The translations under genes and the position numbers were made by a program. Positions 13,150-25,740 of a DNA stretch of 64,000 nucleotides are shown here, one piece after another. The notes under the pieces are model-generated. The model searched no databases and was not told where the DNA came from. It saw only the letters and a list, made by a program, of their open reading frames with translations. The DNA comes from Sphagnum compactum (Eukaryota): assembly GCA_965153455.1 (NCBI GenBank), contig OZ234493.1, positions 24,046,213 through 24,110,212 on the forward strand, written 5' to 3'. The stretch's first letter is position 1, and each line of letters begins with the position of its first letter.

Positions 13150-14580
13150 TAAAAGCTCGAGAAAAACCCTTTCAAACAAGCCTCGAGAGTTTTTTTTAAA
13201 CTACATTTTGCCAGCAAATATAAAAGGTTTGGAGCTAGAATTTGTTTATGTTCCTTTTTCTGTGAATTTAATACCCATTCAATGAAATGAAGTGCAAGGA
13301 TGAATTATCATCTGAATGGATTATGGGTGCAATTGACTAACCCAATGAAGTCATTTTTTATGGAGAAAAATTGGACTCAAGCAATCCATCTGCATGGATG
13401 AAATGGACTTTGATCAATGAATCTGTCATTATTGATTGGATGAATTCCATGGATGAATACGTCCAAAATGCAATGACATGAAATTTTCAGGGATGCAAAA
13501 TGACACAACTAGATGAGATGTCTTGTAACGAATGAACGAAACAATCCTATGAAACTTCATGTCGTTCAAAATGCAATAAGTTTCATCCATGAATTACAAT
13601 CAATGAATGGATTAACCTTCATTCATAACTTTTGTGGATGCAATTTTATGAAATTCTCAAATGAATTCAAGTTTATCTAGGAAATATAATCGACAATGTT
13701 TTTTTGTTCAAGGAATATAGTTCATTCATAGTTTCATTTCATCCAAAAAAATCATCCACATTTTAAAGATGAACATTCATGAAATATCATTTGTGAATTC
13801 TCAATGCATGAATGGTTGTGCTTACATGGATCAAATTTCATGAAAATTCAAGGTGAAATAAAGATCATCCATGTGAAATATTGCCCAAAATTTTGCATTC
13901 CTTATGGCCAACAAGATTTAGGGGTGGGGGAAAACTATATCACATAGAATTTTTTGTGCCCAACAAAACCCCTATCACCTACTACATGTGGTCAAAAAAA
14001 ATCATGTAGTTTTGTCCCCAAAAAATGTATTTAAGGTGCATCCATTCATCCATATGAACTCATTGAATCTAGATGAATTTTAATGGTGAAATAAAATGTA
14101 AATGGATTGTTACATGGATGAATGAAAACTCTTAATGATATCCCATGGATGAAATATATTTCATTTTGAAACAATATGAAATTTCATTTTATTGTGTCAT
14201 GAATCTATTAAGGGAATTTCATCCAAGTGAGTCATTTTGCATCATCAAAAATTCATGTGATTGCAGTTTGAAAAAATGCATACATGGAATTCATCCAATT
14301 GGTGGAGGACAAATTGAGCCACCATAATATATTACATCCATTGAGATGGATCGCCTAAGATCATTTTTTCTATATTGAAAATCATTTCATGGGGGTAGCC
14401 AATTTCACCCCATCATTCATTTGGATGATGATTCATCCTTGCACTCCATCTCATTAAATGGGATTAAATTTCACACCAATTATAAATATTGGACAAAAAA
14501 TGATTGTACGAATCGGGCTTCAAACTTTTTACATTGCTCTCAATAGGCTAGCTTGAAAGGGTCCTTCTCAAGATTAAAAG
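13150..14580. mobile_element. Fold-back/MITE-like element with long inverted repeats and a GGATGAA/TTCATCC-rich interior
   Basis: 13261-13320 (tgtgaatttaatacccattcaatgaaatgaagtgcaaggatgaattatcatc) is the near reverse complement of ~14415-14475. A more decayed outer inverted repeat pairs ~13150-13250 with ~14500-14580. No coding capacity. Confidence 0.75.
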
Positions 14581-17329
14581 AGCCATCAAATCTACCTGAA
14601 TTTTTTGTAAAGACCCAAAGAAAAAAAAAAAAAAGAGGTTTAGGCAGCCTGTGAAATTTTGGGGCATTGGGCATTGGGTATATTGTCAAGGCCCAGCGCC
14701 TCTCAGAACCCTGGCTAACTCCACCTTCAAAACTGGCAAAACTGGACTTTTCATAGCATGGGCAGATAGCAAAACTTGAGGTGCATGAAGATTTTTCTCC
14801 ATTTCCAAGCTCAAATTTGTTTATAAATAAGCTTGAGAGACAAATGGCACATCAGAGGGGCAAGAGAGCACAAGAAGGTGTTCCTATAACATACAGGTGT
14901 CAATTTTTGACGTGGGCTAGTGAAGGTAGGCGTACTAGGGAAGAGGCATTCGGATCCGCACTGATGTTTAAGGGTTAAGAAGTTTAGCCTGAAGGATGCA
15001 ATCTCTCTGAGGTGACAAGAGGTTCACATAGTTGACTTCTTAAACCAAGCCGTCAAGCAGATTTTAGTCTCACCTTCACTTTTGTGAATGTAAGTCTTTC
15101 ATTCTTTTATTGGTTAGAGATAACATTAAAACTTGGCTTTATTTCCTTAAAATATTCTTGTGACTACGATAGATAGCAGTGTCGGGTAAGGATAAAGTGC
15201 TGGGGTGTTCCCAAACTAACAGGCCCTGAGTCTCGAGGCCAAGGACCCCTTATTTTATCGATGATTGGCAGGTTTTCATCATTTGTATTTTCATCTCAAA
15301 TTGTAAAGGGTGCGACATAAAAAAAAAATTGTGAAACCCACGAGTCACTACCACGTCAACTGTCCACAAAACACTTAATAATAGATTAGTATTGAAGTCC
15401 ACCAAGCACTTAATAATAGGATGTCAAGTCCCAGATGGTGACAAAACCGGATCTAAAAGCACGCTGCTTTTTGGGTGTGAAGGAAAGGGGGGAGGGTGGA
15501 GGGTGGAGGAGGGATGGTGTTAAAAAGGAGATGACTTCAAGTGTCCAAGAAGCACTACATAATTGGTTAGGAAGCCCCTAATAGGGACAAAACCTGAATG
15601 GAAAAGCGACTAAAAAGGTGCTGTTTTAACATTCATAGACCAACGAGAGTGTCTCATAACAAATTGGGTTTTAGAGGGATAAGAAAAGGAAAAACACAGC
15701 CATCAACTGGCGTTTATGATCATCTGAAATTAACAGTTTTGATCTGTATTGCCAACTCTGACAAAAGAAACCAAAGTCACTTGTGGTGGAATGCTTCATC
15801 AATGTTTCTACCACATTAGGTATGGCAAGTTCAAACATCAAACCAGCAAGAAATCAAAATAGAAAACTTTTTGTGACATTCAGAGACAAAGTGAACTCAC
15901 AATTCACAGTTATAAGGTAACAACTAACAACAATTAGTGAACATTCCTTCAAATGTGAGACAAAATGAAAATGAAAAGTATTGGGCAGATTTTTGTAGTG
16001 TAGTTGGATGGTGTCAAACTGGACTGAAAATTTCCTCTACTAAGGGTGGGCATTCAAAAAAGTAATGTCCAGTCCTGCAGGCATTTCATTTTGCCACTTT
16101 CATTAAATCTTTTCCCAATACTCATGAGGCATCATCACAAGAACAATTTTACAAAAGAAAATCTGCTGAATGCTTGGCAAAACTCGAGACAGGCGGCTTT
16201 ACCAAAATAAGGGCTCGTATACAGCTTTCATTCCAATTCAAAATTCTTCAAAATTCTTCTGTTGAATTCTTCATTCCAATTCAAAATTCAAAACTCAAAT
16301 TGAATTTGCAGTTAAGGAACAAGGGCGGGGTGATGAGTTTGTCACCTCTGCAACACCTCTGTCCACGAGGAGGAGAGAGAGAGAGAGAGGGGAACGTTTC
16401 TGCCGATGGTTAGTTATGTCGTCACACTCTGACTAGGATACTTTACTCCTTTGCCCTGGTTTCCAAGCGGTTGAAGCATCATGGCACTTCTCCGAATGGT
16501 CCAATGCTTTCTCTTTCATGGATTAGATCGATGACACTCCTCCCCAATCGCCTATTTCCAACACCCAGTGAACATGATCAACAGATTTGTGTTGACTGAT
16601 TGGCATCTGCAGTAGTCAGCACACCAACGACAAACGTCGCTGCTTCCATTTTAACTATGGTGTATGCAAATAACTTGTTTTGGGAAGATTGGCTTACCCG
16701 TTCATTATTAGACCTAAGAAGATTTCCAAAAATGCACTTTATTCAGGGTAATATCTTTTTTATTTATCATTTTCAAATTTAATGTTAAATGTTTGCCTCT
16801 CCCCAATTCATAAACAATGCATATTGAGTAGCATGCATTAGTCAATTTTTTTGGGGTGATAAATCATTAAAAGTTGAAAACAGGATATTTTGTCACAAAT
16901 TTTCTTTTTTCGGAAAAAAAATCCCCTACAAATGATAGAATTATTTTTTCAGGGAAAATGCCATCACAGTTACGTCTATTAGTTATATTTTTAAGAGCTC
17001 CTTCAAATATTGTCGTCAATTAAGTTGAATTTTGCTTAGGGATGCTTGTAAGAACCCTACCTCTAGTAGAAAATTGAAACAAAAAAACAAAAACATCAAT
17101 ATGCATTGAAAGAACGTCTAAATGTCACACATGGGTCAATGATTGTGGCTAACAAACTGAAAGTAGTCATTTTCTTTTACAAGGTGATGATAAGGATGAT
17201 AAATCCTCATTAAACTTCATTATTTAGAAAACACACCAATTTGAGAGGAAAGGGAGGAACAAAAAGAGAGGATCATCTTCCAAAAGCAAACAGCAAGGAA
17301 TCCTCAAAGAACAACTTATGTCCTAAACC

Positions 17330-18200
17330 TTTTAATAGTCATTTGAAACAAATTAAACAAAAAGAAGTACAAGAATCCTAGAAAAAACACCAAGCATAGA
17401 AGAGGCTTCCCTAGCAACAATTGTTTGTTCAAGACAGAGGTAGCCTGAGCTTTGTACATAACCATTAACTGCCTATGGTCATAAAATGTTCACAAGACCG
17501 AGAGGAAGGCTCTTAATATCACGCCATGTTAGCACATAAATAAAGAAAGTTGTTGGCTTGTTAATATAAACATTTGAATACCTCAATGGCAAAAAGGAAA
17601 AACACATCCCTAAGGTGTTAATTGGGATAGAACCCATCCTTTGCTTGTGTTGCAATTGTTATGAAACAATTTTATGACCATTCTTTAAAAAATGACTACT
17701 TGCGAAACTAAATTTGTTTGAATGGGATTGACAATGATGACACTAGTTAAAATGCAAACCCCATTTGTGAACAACACAATATCAATCCACCAACATGAAG
17801 ATTAGAAAGAGGGCAATGGAAGGACATGCGCTTGTTCACAAAAAACATGAGACCCAACATCTTTAATGATGGAAACAAATGCATCGCAAATGATGTCATG
17901 GGATGCATTGCATTCCCTTCCAAAGGAACACTGAAAAAGGTGTATCCCCATTACATCTATAGGTTGATCATAGATGCAACAACCCAAACCAAGAGCTATC
18001 ATTTAGGGAAGACCCAATTTAGTGCATATAGTGTTATGGAAAAAATGTTTAAGGCCATACAAAATGACAAGATGTTTGGGCAAGCATTTGAACCCAAACA
18101 ACCACAAGACAACCTATGTGATGAGAATCAAAAATTCATGTCAAAAACGATGTTGGAAATGTGTTTTTATTTGGATTTGTTTAGTAATAAATGTGTAATA
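17330..18200 (-). mobile_element. Degenerate 3' end of an RLE-type (CRE-like) non-LTR retrotransposon
   Basis: ORF 17802-18002 CCIYDQPIDVMGIHLFQCSFGRECNASHDIICDAFVSIIKDVGSHVFCEQ resembles the CCHC knuckle plus (R)HD motif. It is followed by WIDIVLFTNGVCILTSVIIVNP and DVFFLFAIEVFKC, resembling the restriction-like endonuclease PD..D and (P)LAIE.YG motifs. Confidence 0.7.
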
Positions 18201-20289
18201 ATTTTCTTTTAAAGAAAAAAACCCCTACCAATCAAAGTGGAGGAGATTTTATAGATGGGCATTGCATTATTTTTTCAATTTTCTTTTATTTGGTATTGTT
18301 TTATGAACTACAAACATGAAGCCCTATGGTTGTTGAAAAATTGTAAATTATATATTCTATGTATAGCATGTATTTAATTAATAATTTTAGATTGGACTCA
18401 ACATGGTGAGTGCAGGAGGGCCACCTAGTGGCCATTAGATTCAAACAATTATGAATAAAACTTGCAAAATTATTGCTTTTGTTTACAATCGCCTATGATG
18501 TTATGTGCTACATTTGGATAAGTTAAAGGACTTGAGGTGTATATGTTTATGGCAACCACAATATAATCACATATATAACAAAAAACATCATCAATATATA
18601 ATCTTAGTTTAACATAAATATTCATTTGAAACAAAAAACCATGTACATAATTAATGACCAAAAACTTGCTACTTTTAAATCTTGACATTTCAAAGCAATT
18701 TATACATCTCATGCAAATACCTAGTAGCATCTAGTTGCAAAAAAATTTATGAACTTATCAACATATAACATAATTTGCACTTAGTAAAGTAAAAAGACTA
18801 AAAGGGCTGGTGGACACTAAGTCACCATTATATATGAAACAAAATAGAATTATGAAAACTTACAAGTTGGATTACTACCACATGACATAGGTCCATATTA
18901 ATATGACGTAGTCAACATATTAAAAATAAACATAAAAAAAATTCAATATTCTTCTTTGGAACCAAACAATAACCAATTTGCATTTTAAAAATAAAGGGTG
19001 AAAACACACTACAGTGGTCAAAAATTGTTATCACAAATATTACTTTTTGAAACTACATGTTTTTGAACTTCTACCAAGCTAATATTGAAATAGTTATATT
19101 TTTGTTTACAAGTAGAAACACAAAAATTGTCAAAATGGGTTTAAAGGAAAAACAATTCAACAATTATAATGTTATGTTAAATGGTTGGATTATAATAAAT
19201 ATGATATAATTAATTTTGAAATAACTTTTTTCAAAATATGCATTACATTATATAATAATCATCACGAATTTTATGAATTAATTAATTACATACTGAAAAT
19301 CAATATATAACTGAAAATCAATAAATGATTATTAAATTAATTGATATAATGAAAATTAAATATTCATATATAAAGTATAAATATTGAATATTTATTTATA
19401 TTATAATATATGTCTTATATGTACATATTATATATATAATAATATATTGATACTAATATATTGTATGCATATTAATATTCACAGATTACATGTATGTGTA
19501 AATCAATAAATTGTGTAAAATTATGTTATGTGCATATAGTATGGTACATAATATGTATAAATATATTTGTATCAATAATATTATATTATATTCAGATTTT
19601 AAAATTAGAAAATAATTTTTTTAAATTGGTTTTATATTTAAATTATACATCTATTCATTAAAGTTTATCATGTATTGAAACATAACGGATATGTTAAAAA
19701 ATTTGAAATTTTAAAATGATTTTCTAAGTTCAAAATTTGTTGTTTGAATTTTTATTTGGTGCACATATGTAGATTATGCTTCAACGTTTAATAATCCAAA
19801 ATTTCATTTAAGTAAGTATGAAAAAGAAATTATATTTTAAACTTTGTGTTTTTTTACGTTCACACATTGAAAGATGATAAATCTTATATGTGAATACATT
19901 GTTTCACATTTGATGTCGTAGATGGATGGCAAAGGCCTTGCACCATTTGGAATAGGTCCAAGGATAAAATGTGGTCCTTGCATGTTGACCAAGTTTGACC
20001 ATGTTGATTGCAATCAACTTTGGAGTATGTTGATTGATCGCATGTATAATGAATGTACAACATTGATTATGGTATGATATGATTTTATATTATTTGTATA
20101 CAAAAATCATACATATATGGTGTATAAATAATTCAAAATTAAATTAAATGAATAATTATTTTATATAATCAATATGAAAAATTATATTTACATACATTTA
20201 AATATTTGAAATTATAAATATATTATATTATATACAGAAATCTATATTATATATAATATATAAAGAATATATTGTAGTCATGGATGTAG

Positions 20290-22937
20290 TCATATATCCA
20301 TCTTTTTTGTGTAGTGTCAAGACTTTCAATACCATTAATCCACTTCTTCTCCAAATGCAAAAAAATAGATTGAGACTTTGTATTGGAAGATTTGTATGGG
20401 ACCGCATAATTAACAAACAATGAATTGATGGCTTGGTTTGTTAAAGGTTGGATAGCGGAGTGCAATGGACATCCTACCAACTGGGCCACTATTGCTACTA
20501 TGACATCAAAAGAAAAAGCTCAGTGTTTGGGCACAATAAACAAGTCACAAATTTGAGAAATAAAATATCAATGAAGGTTCACATTATTCACAAGAACTTT
20601 TGGGTATGAGAAATTTGGATGTGAAGTTGGAAAAGGGTGTAAGCTTGGAAAGTGCAAGTATGCCTTTAATCCTGCAAATATCTAATGAAGGGATTACCGA
20701 GGTGGAGAAGGTTGCAAATCTCAAGCATGAAGTGTGGAAGTTGACCAAGCTTCGTGTTAGGCAGCTTGAAGAGAAAAATAAGGGATTGCAGGACCATCTT
20801 ATTGGTCTGAAGTTTAGCATGGATGACTGAAAATCACAATTTGTGGAGGCCAAACAAAGTGTCTAATATGTAGAATATGCCTTCCATGAATTGTTGGAAT
20901 AACAACCGCCACCCCAGATGGTATGTGCCATGTAAAATAGCTTTGTGTTTACATTATGATCAATTTAGGTTCTTTGACTTTTAAAAGTTGTAGTAGGATT
21001 ATCAAAGTCTTAATTTTTTTAGGCATTGATGTTCACATGTGCAAACTTGGCTTCTTTGTTTAAATGATGTTGATTATTTCATTGGACACTATAAGCTTGG
21101 AGCAGACATCCATTGCTGGGTTGGAAGAAACTCATTGTTGGCTAGAGCAAACAGGTATGCAAAGTTGAGAAGACATACATTTGGTTATAATGACTTCTAG
21201 CAAAAGAAGTCACAAATGGAAATGGAATTGGAGGGCGCGAAGATAATACATCAGGATTTTAAAAGAAAGGCCTTCCAAGGTGAGGCATTATTCAAGGAAG
21301 CAAAGGTTGATTTTGAGATGATGGAATTATAATTGTGGAGGGTCATGCTTGATGTTGATTCATTGGTCAAACAAGAGGATAGTATTCGATCTTAGTTGTA
21401 GGCAATGAAAATAGGATAAGTTGGTATGTGTTTCCAGCCATTACCCATTGTGCATCTAGAGAATCCCAAAGATGATGGCGGCATAAATGTCATTGTCATT
21501 AAACCTTGTGGTTATTGCAACCAAAACTACCACTATGCTGACATTGTTATCACATCCTACAAACATGTTTTCCATCCATTTTGCCTTGGGGCAATGCTAC
21601 ACAATTCTAATAAATGTGGTGGTTGTAAGCAAAAGATGCACCCAGATTGGTGGTCTAGTTGGGGGATCCATGAACAAGATGAGGAGATGATGGAATTAGT
21701 CGAGGATATGTAGCTTAACGACCTATGGCAGGATATGATGAATAGTGTGTTGGAAGTTGCAAAATGTGGACTTGAACCAAAGTCAAAAGGTGCATGCCAT
21801 TTCAATGTAAAACTTTATCTCTTCATACTTAAGTAGCATTTTGCTTTACATTTTTGCAATTTATTTCTATGTTACAATGCCTTATTTCCATGCACATTGC
21901 TTTATAGGTTTGACCACAAAACCCAAGCACAGAGAGTGTGGATCAACAAACTCCCTTGGGAATCTTGTATGTAAAGCTCATACTCACAATACACCTACAA
22001 CTAGTCCCATTGAGCACTATGTTTTCATGTACAAAGCCACACATTGAAACTACTCTCAATTCTCCCACAAAATCACACATAAGCGTGGATTCACCTATGC
22101 ACAATTTGAATCCAATGACAATTCAACCAATGAATGTGCAATAAAATGTAGATCTAATTCCTAATGAGATTGCATCCCCCCAATTGCACCACCAAAAGGT
22201 GCTAGAATCTAAGCAACCACCATCAAAGAAGATCAAGTTGTTAAAACCTGAATCCAATGACAAGAAGCTAAAATCAACATCTTTCACTTTGCAGGATTCA
22301 AGTAAGTTGAATTTGTTTCATAAAAGTTATTGGTATCCAATAGCTTATTTTAAGCTAAAATTGATTTATTATGCACCATTCATCTATTGCTAATCAATGC
22401 AATTTTGATTGATTTTGTGATCATGTGTGTTGGAAAAGGCTATTACTGAAGTTTTGAAGGATTCGTTAAAGATAGATAGTGATGACCAAGCCCAACAATC
22501 CCCCAAATCAAGCCGACAAATTGGTATCCCAAGGTTGTATTAGCCTTATCGAAAAGTTTATGGTGTTGAAATTTAGCCCAATTAAATCTCCAAATGTTGG
22601 TAGTTTGTTGAATAGGGTTCAACATGTAGAGGATGGGGTTATAGGCATACCTACAAAAGACCTCAGCAGTTTGCTCAAAGATGTTAATTCAAAGACAAGC
22701 ATAATACTTGCAGATGTACTTCAAAGATTGCTTAGTGAAGGTCAAAAGCCTTCAAGCATTGCTGAGATTGTTGATGATGTGAAAAGTGCCAAAAACCAAA
22801 GTAAGAAGCTTGCAAAACTGCCAAAAGGTGCTCAAAATAGTTCTTTTATACAAAAGAAAAGTATCACAAGACATACCGAAGAAGAATCTAGTCCGACTAA
22901 AATAGGTGTCAGTACAAGGTCCTCATCCAAAACCTAG
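20290..22937 (+). pseudogene. Disrupted coiled-coil plus RING-finger gene, probably transposon-borne
   Basis: Fragments include LYWK..GTA*LTNNELMAWFVKGWIAECNGHPTNWA (~20380-20490), coiled-coil ORF 20600-20830, RING-like CGYC..TSYKHVFHPFC..CGGC (21426-21713; one ligand Cys replaced by Tyr) and Lys/Ser-rich ORF 22479-22937. Multiple stops and frameshifts; AT-rich flanks. Confidence 0.55.
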
Positions 22938-25740
22938 TTTTGAGTTTGAACTTATTGGATCCTTTTAACAATTTTGTAAGTGACATTTTGGACTTCCAAT
23001 TGCCACTAATGAACTGTTAGATTCAAAAACAAATAATTACAATAGTATGAATTGAGGTTGTATGAATGCTTGCTTTTGGATTGACCTTTAGAACTTCGAT
23101 GTTAAGGTTTAGGCTAGTCACTATGAATTGTAAATTGAGTAGATGCAATTCAAATTTTCAATAATGACGAAGGTTATATAAATCCTTGTTTTTGGACTAA
23201 CTTGGGACTTCAATTTAGATGTTAAGGTTGAGGTTGTCACTATCGATTATAAATTGAACAAATGCAACTTAGATTTTCAATATTGAATTATCGCAATTTT
23301 ATGCTAGCTTGTGTTCTCAGCCTAGTTGAACTGATGAACATTCTCTTGCCATTGTGCAAGGTGCAAGCATGGTTAAGTAGACAAAAAAAATAGTTTGTCC
23401 AAATGCAATTTAAAAATGATAGAATTTTCGATATAAACACATGAATGTAGATTATAAACTTGTGAAAGTAGAAATATGAAAGAACATAGCCTTTCATTTA
23501 GTTTATGGTAAGTTGAATACAAACTTTGAAAAACTTTGATATTATAAATTAGGTGAGAAGTAAACTTGAATTTGATAGAGTCAATTTGGTGTTCAAACCT
23601 ATTTTTACACTATAAATTTTATGTATTATGATTATAACATGCATAATTTGATATTACACATTATTTTTTAAGGCTCCAATAATTTGAAAATAGAGAATGT
23701 TCAATATTTCATCTACTTGCAACCCATTTTGTAAAATCAGCCATTTCCTAGAAGTAGATGCAATTTTATGAAATCTACTTCAATTTAGATGAAAATCTTC
23801 ATTTTTCAAACTTATAATATTAAAATGAAAGATTATCTTCATACTAATCATGGACTAAAATAATAATTCTACTTTCAATGCATCAAAAATCTTTTGTGTT
23901 TACTTGTAATGTGTTGTGACCAGGTTCTTTTTTTGTTTCCTTGACCATGCTTTCACCCTGCATTCCTCACTCAAGATGTAATTTTTTTGAACTGTATGTG
24001 GTATGCATAGATTCTGCTATTTATTCTCTTGTCAAGAATTGTCCAATGTTGTGAAATACTTATGTATTCATTGTTTTTGAGTTGTTTAAGCTAGTGAAAC
24101 ACTTACGTAGTTTTTGTTTCTTTAACTTCTGCCCAGCAGAAAACAACAGGCTTGTGCAATTGTTGAAAATAAATAACAAACACTTGCCAATTGCCTCTCC
24201 ATAGCCACCAAGTCATTGGCTGTAATCATTACTCACAAATTTTTAAAAACCCAATTTGGTACATTCATATAAACTGACTTGCTTATTTTCTCAAAAGCAG
24301 CTGTTCCTTGTGCAAGCAAATGTTCCTCATGAAATCCATTGTTCTTTATGGCAGTCACTCCTTACGCAAGCAATTGTTCCTTATGTAAGCATGCAAGGAA
24401 CTATATATGAAACTTCTGTTGACAACATTAGCATTTATGTAGTTCCATATATAAGGAAATATACAATTGCAAGCCATTAAGGTCTTTCCTAAAATATGAA
24501 AAAAGTGTTTGTAATTAAAACACATTAATATTAAGGCCAAAAAAAAATTCACCCCAACTGAAACAACCATGTTACCCTATTATTACCAATCAGTTGCTTG
24601 CTGCTTGAATGACCAAATATACCCATCACCAAACACAAGTCTATGAACACTGATGAGAAGTATCTTGATAAATATTCCTCATTTACCCGTTTCTGAGCAT
24701 CACATTACAAGATATAATTTTCCTGAATTTATCCTGTTCGAACAACATATTACTTGTGACTACTGAAGTCCTTGGTGATTCATTGCATGATTGCCAACAG
24801 TGAAGAAATCTATCATCCAGTCAAACTTGTGCTAGAAGAAGGTCCAATTATCAATCTCTCTTCAGCTATCGGCTTGCTCACCCTAATGTACACACAACCA
24901 GACCCTGTCTTACACCAGACTGGACTCCAAATCCTTCTCTTACACTGAACTCAGCTCCAAATTTATTGTGAGAACACTAGAACTGAAGCTTTCATAAATC
25001 TAAGTATGCATTCTCGAATTTTAAGGTATTTTTAAAAAAATAAGACCTCAAAACCCAAATCGAAAATTCTTTTCAAAATGAAGAACTGGACAACGCTAGT
25101 ATGAATGGATGAAGCTGGCAATAGCACACCTTCATGCTCGCTAGGAGAAATGTGATTAGGCAAATGTTAATGAGCAAATCACACTAGAATTAGCAACTTA
25201 CTCTCCCACCAAAAGACTCAATTACATGAGAAACATTTAGTTGTCCATCAAGCTCATTGAGCTATGTCACTGTTGTACAACCAGCATTCATTTCAAGCCC
25301 TTTGCAGAAAGCCCTTGCGTTTTCACCAGTCATGCAGCACACAGTGAAGTATGGAAAAGGCTTCCTTCAACTAACTATAATAACTGCAATTTGCAGTTTC
25401 ATCTGAAGAATCAAATAAGTATTGTGACAGAGACTTGCCTTGTGAGAAAGTCCCATGCTGATATCCCACAAGGCAAGTGTAAAAAATCTATAGAACAATT
25501 GCAGGTAGTCTTTTTTCAAATGAATGGGACCTGCTAAAAATCCTATTCCTGCCAATAATTTGTCCTGATGCCTGCCTGTACAATCCTGTATCCTGCTAAA
25601 ACTCATACACAAGCACCAAACATCTTGCACTTAGAAAAGTTGATTGTTGTATCCGTTAACAATGTCATAAATTGTTTGTTAGCTGTGAACTGGTCCATGA
25701 TCATTTGTATGAGTTCATGGTAACAGCCACCAATAAGTTG

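Noticed and set aside
14937..14948. 12-nt match (AGGGAAGAGGCA) to the complement of miR408, as a possible cis target or mimic
   Set aside because: Pairing to the miRNA 5' region fails (CATTCGG instead of CAGTGCA), and there is no evidence of a transcript here.
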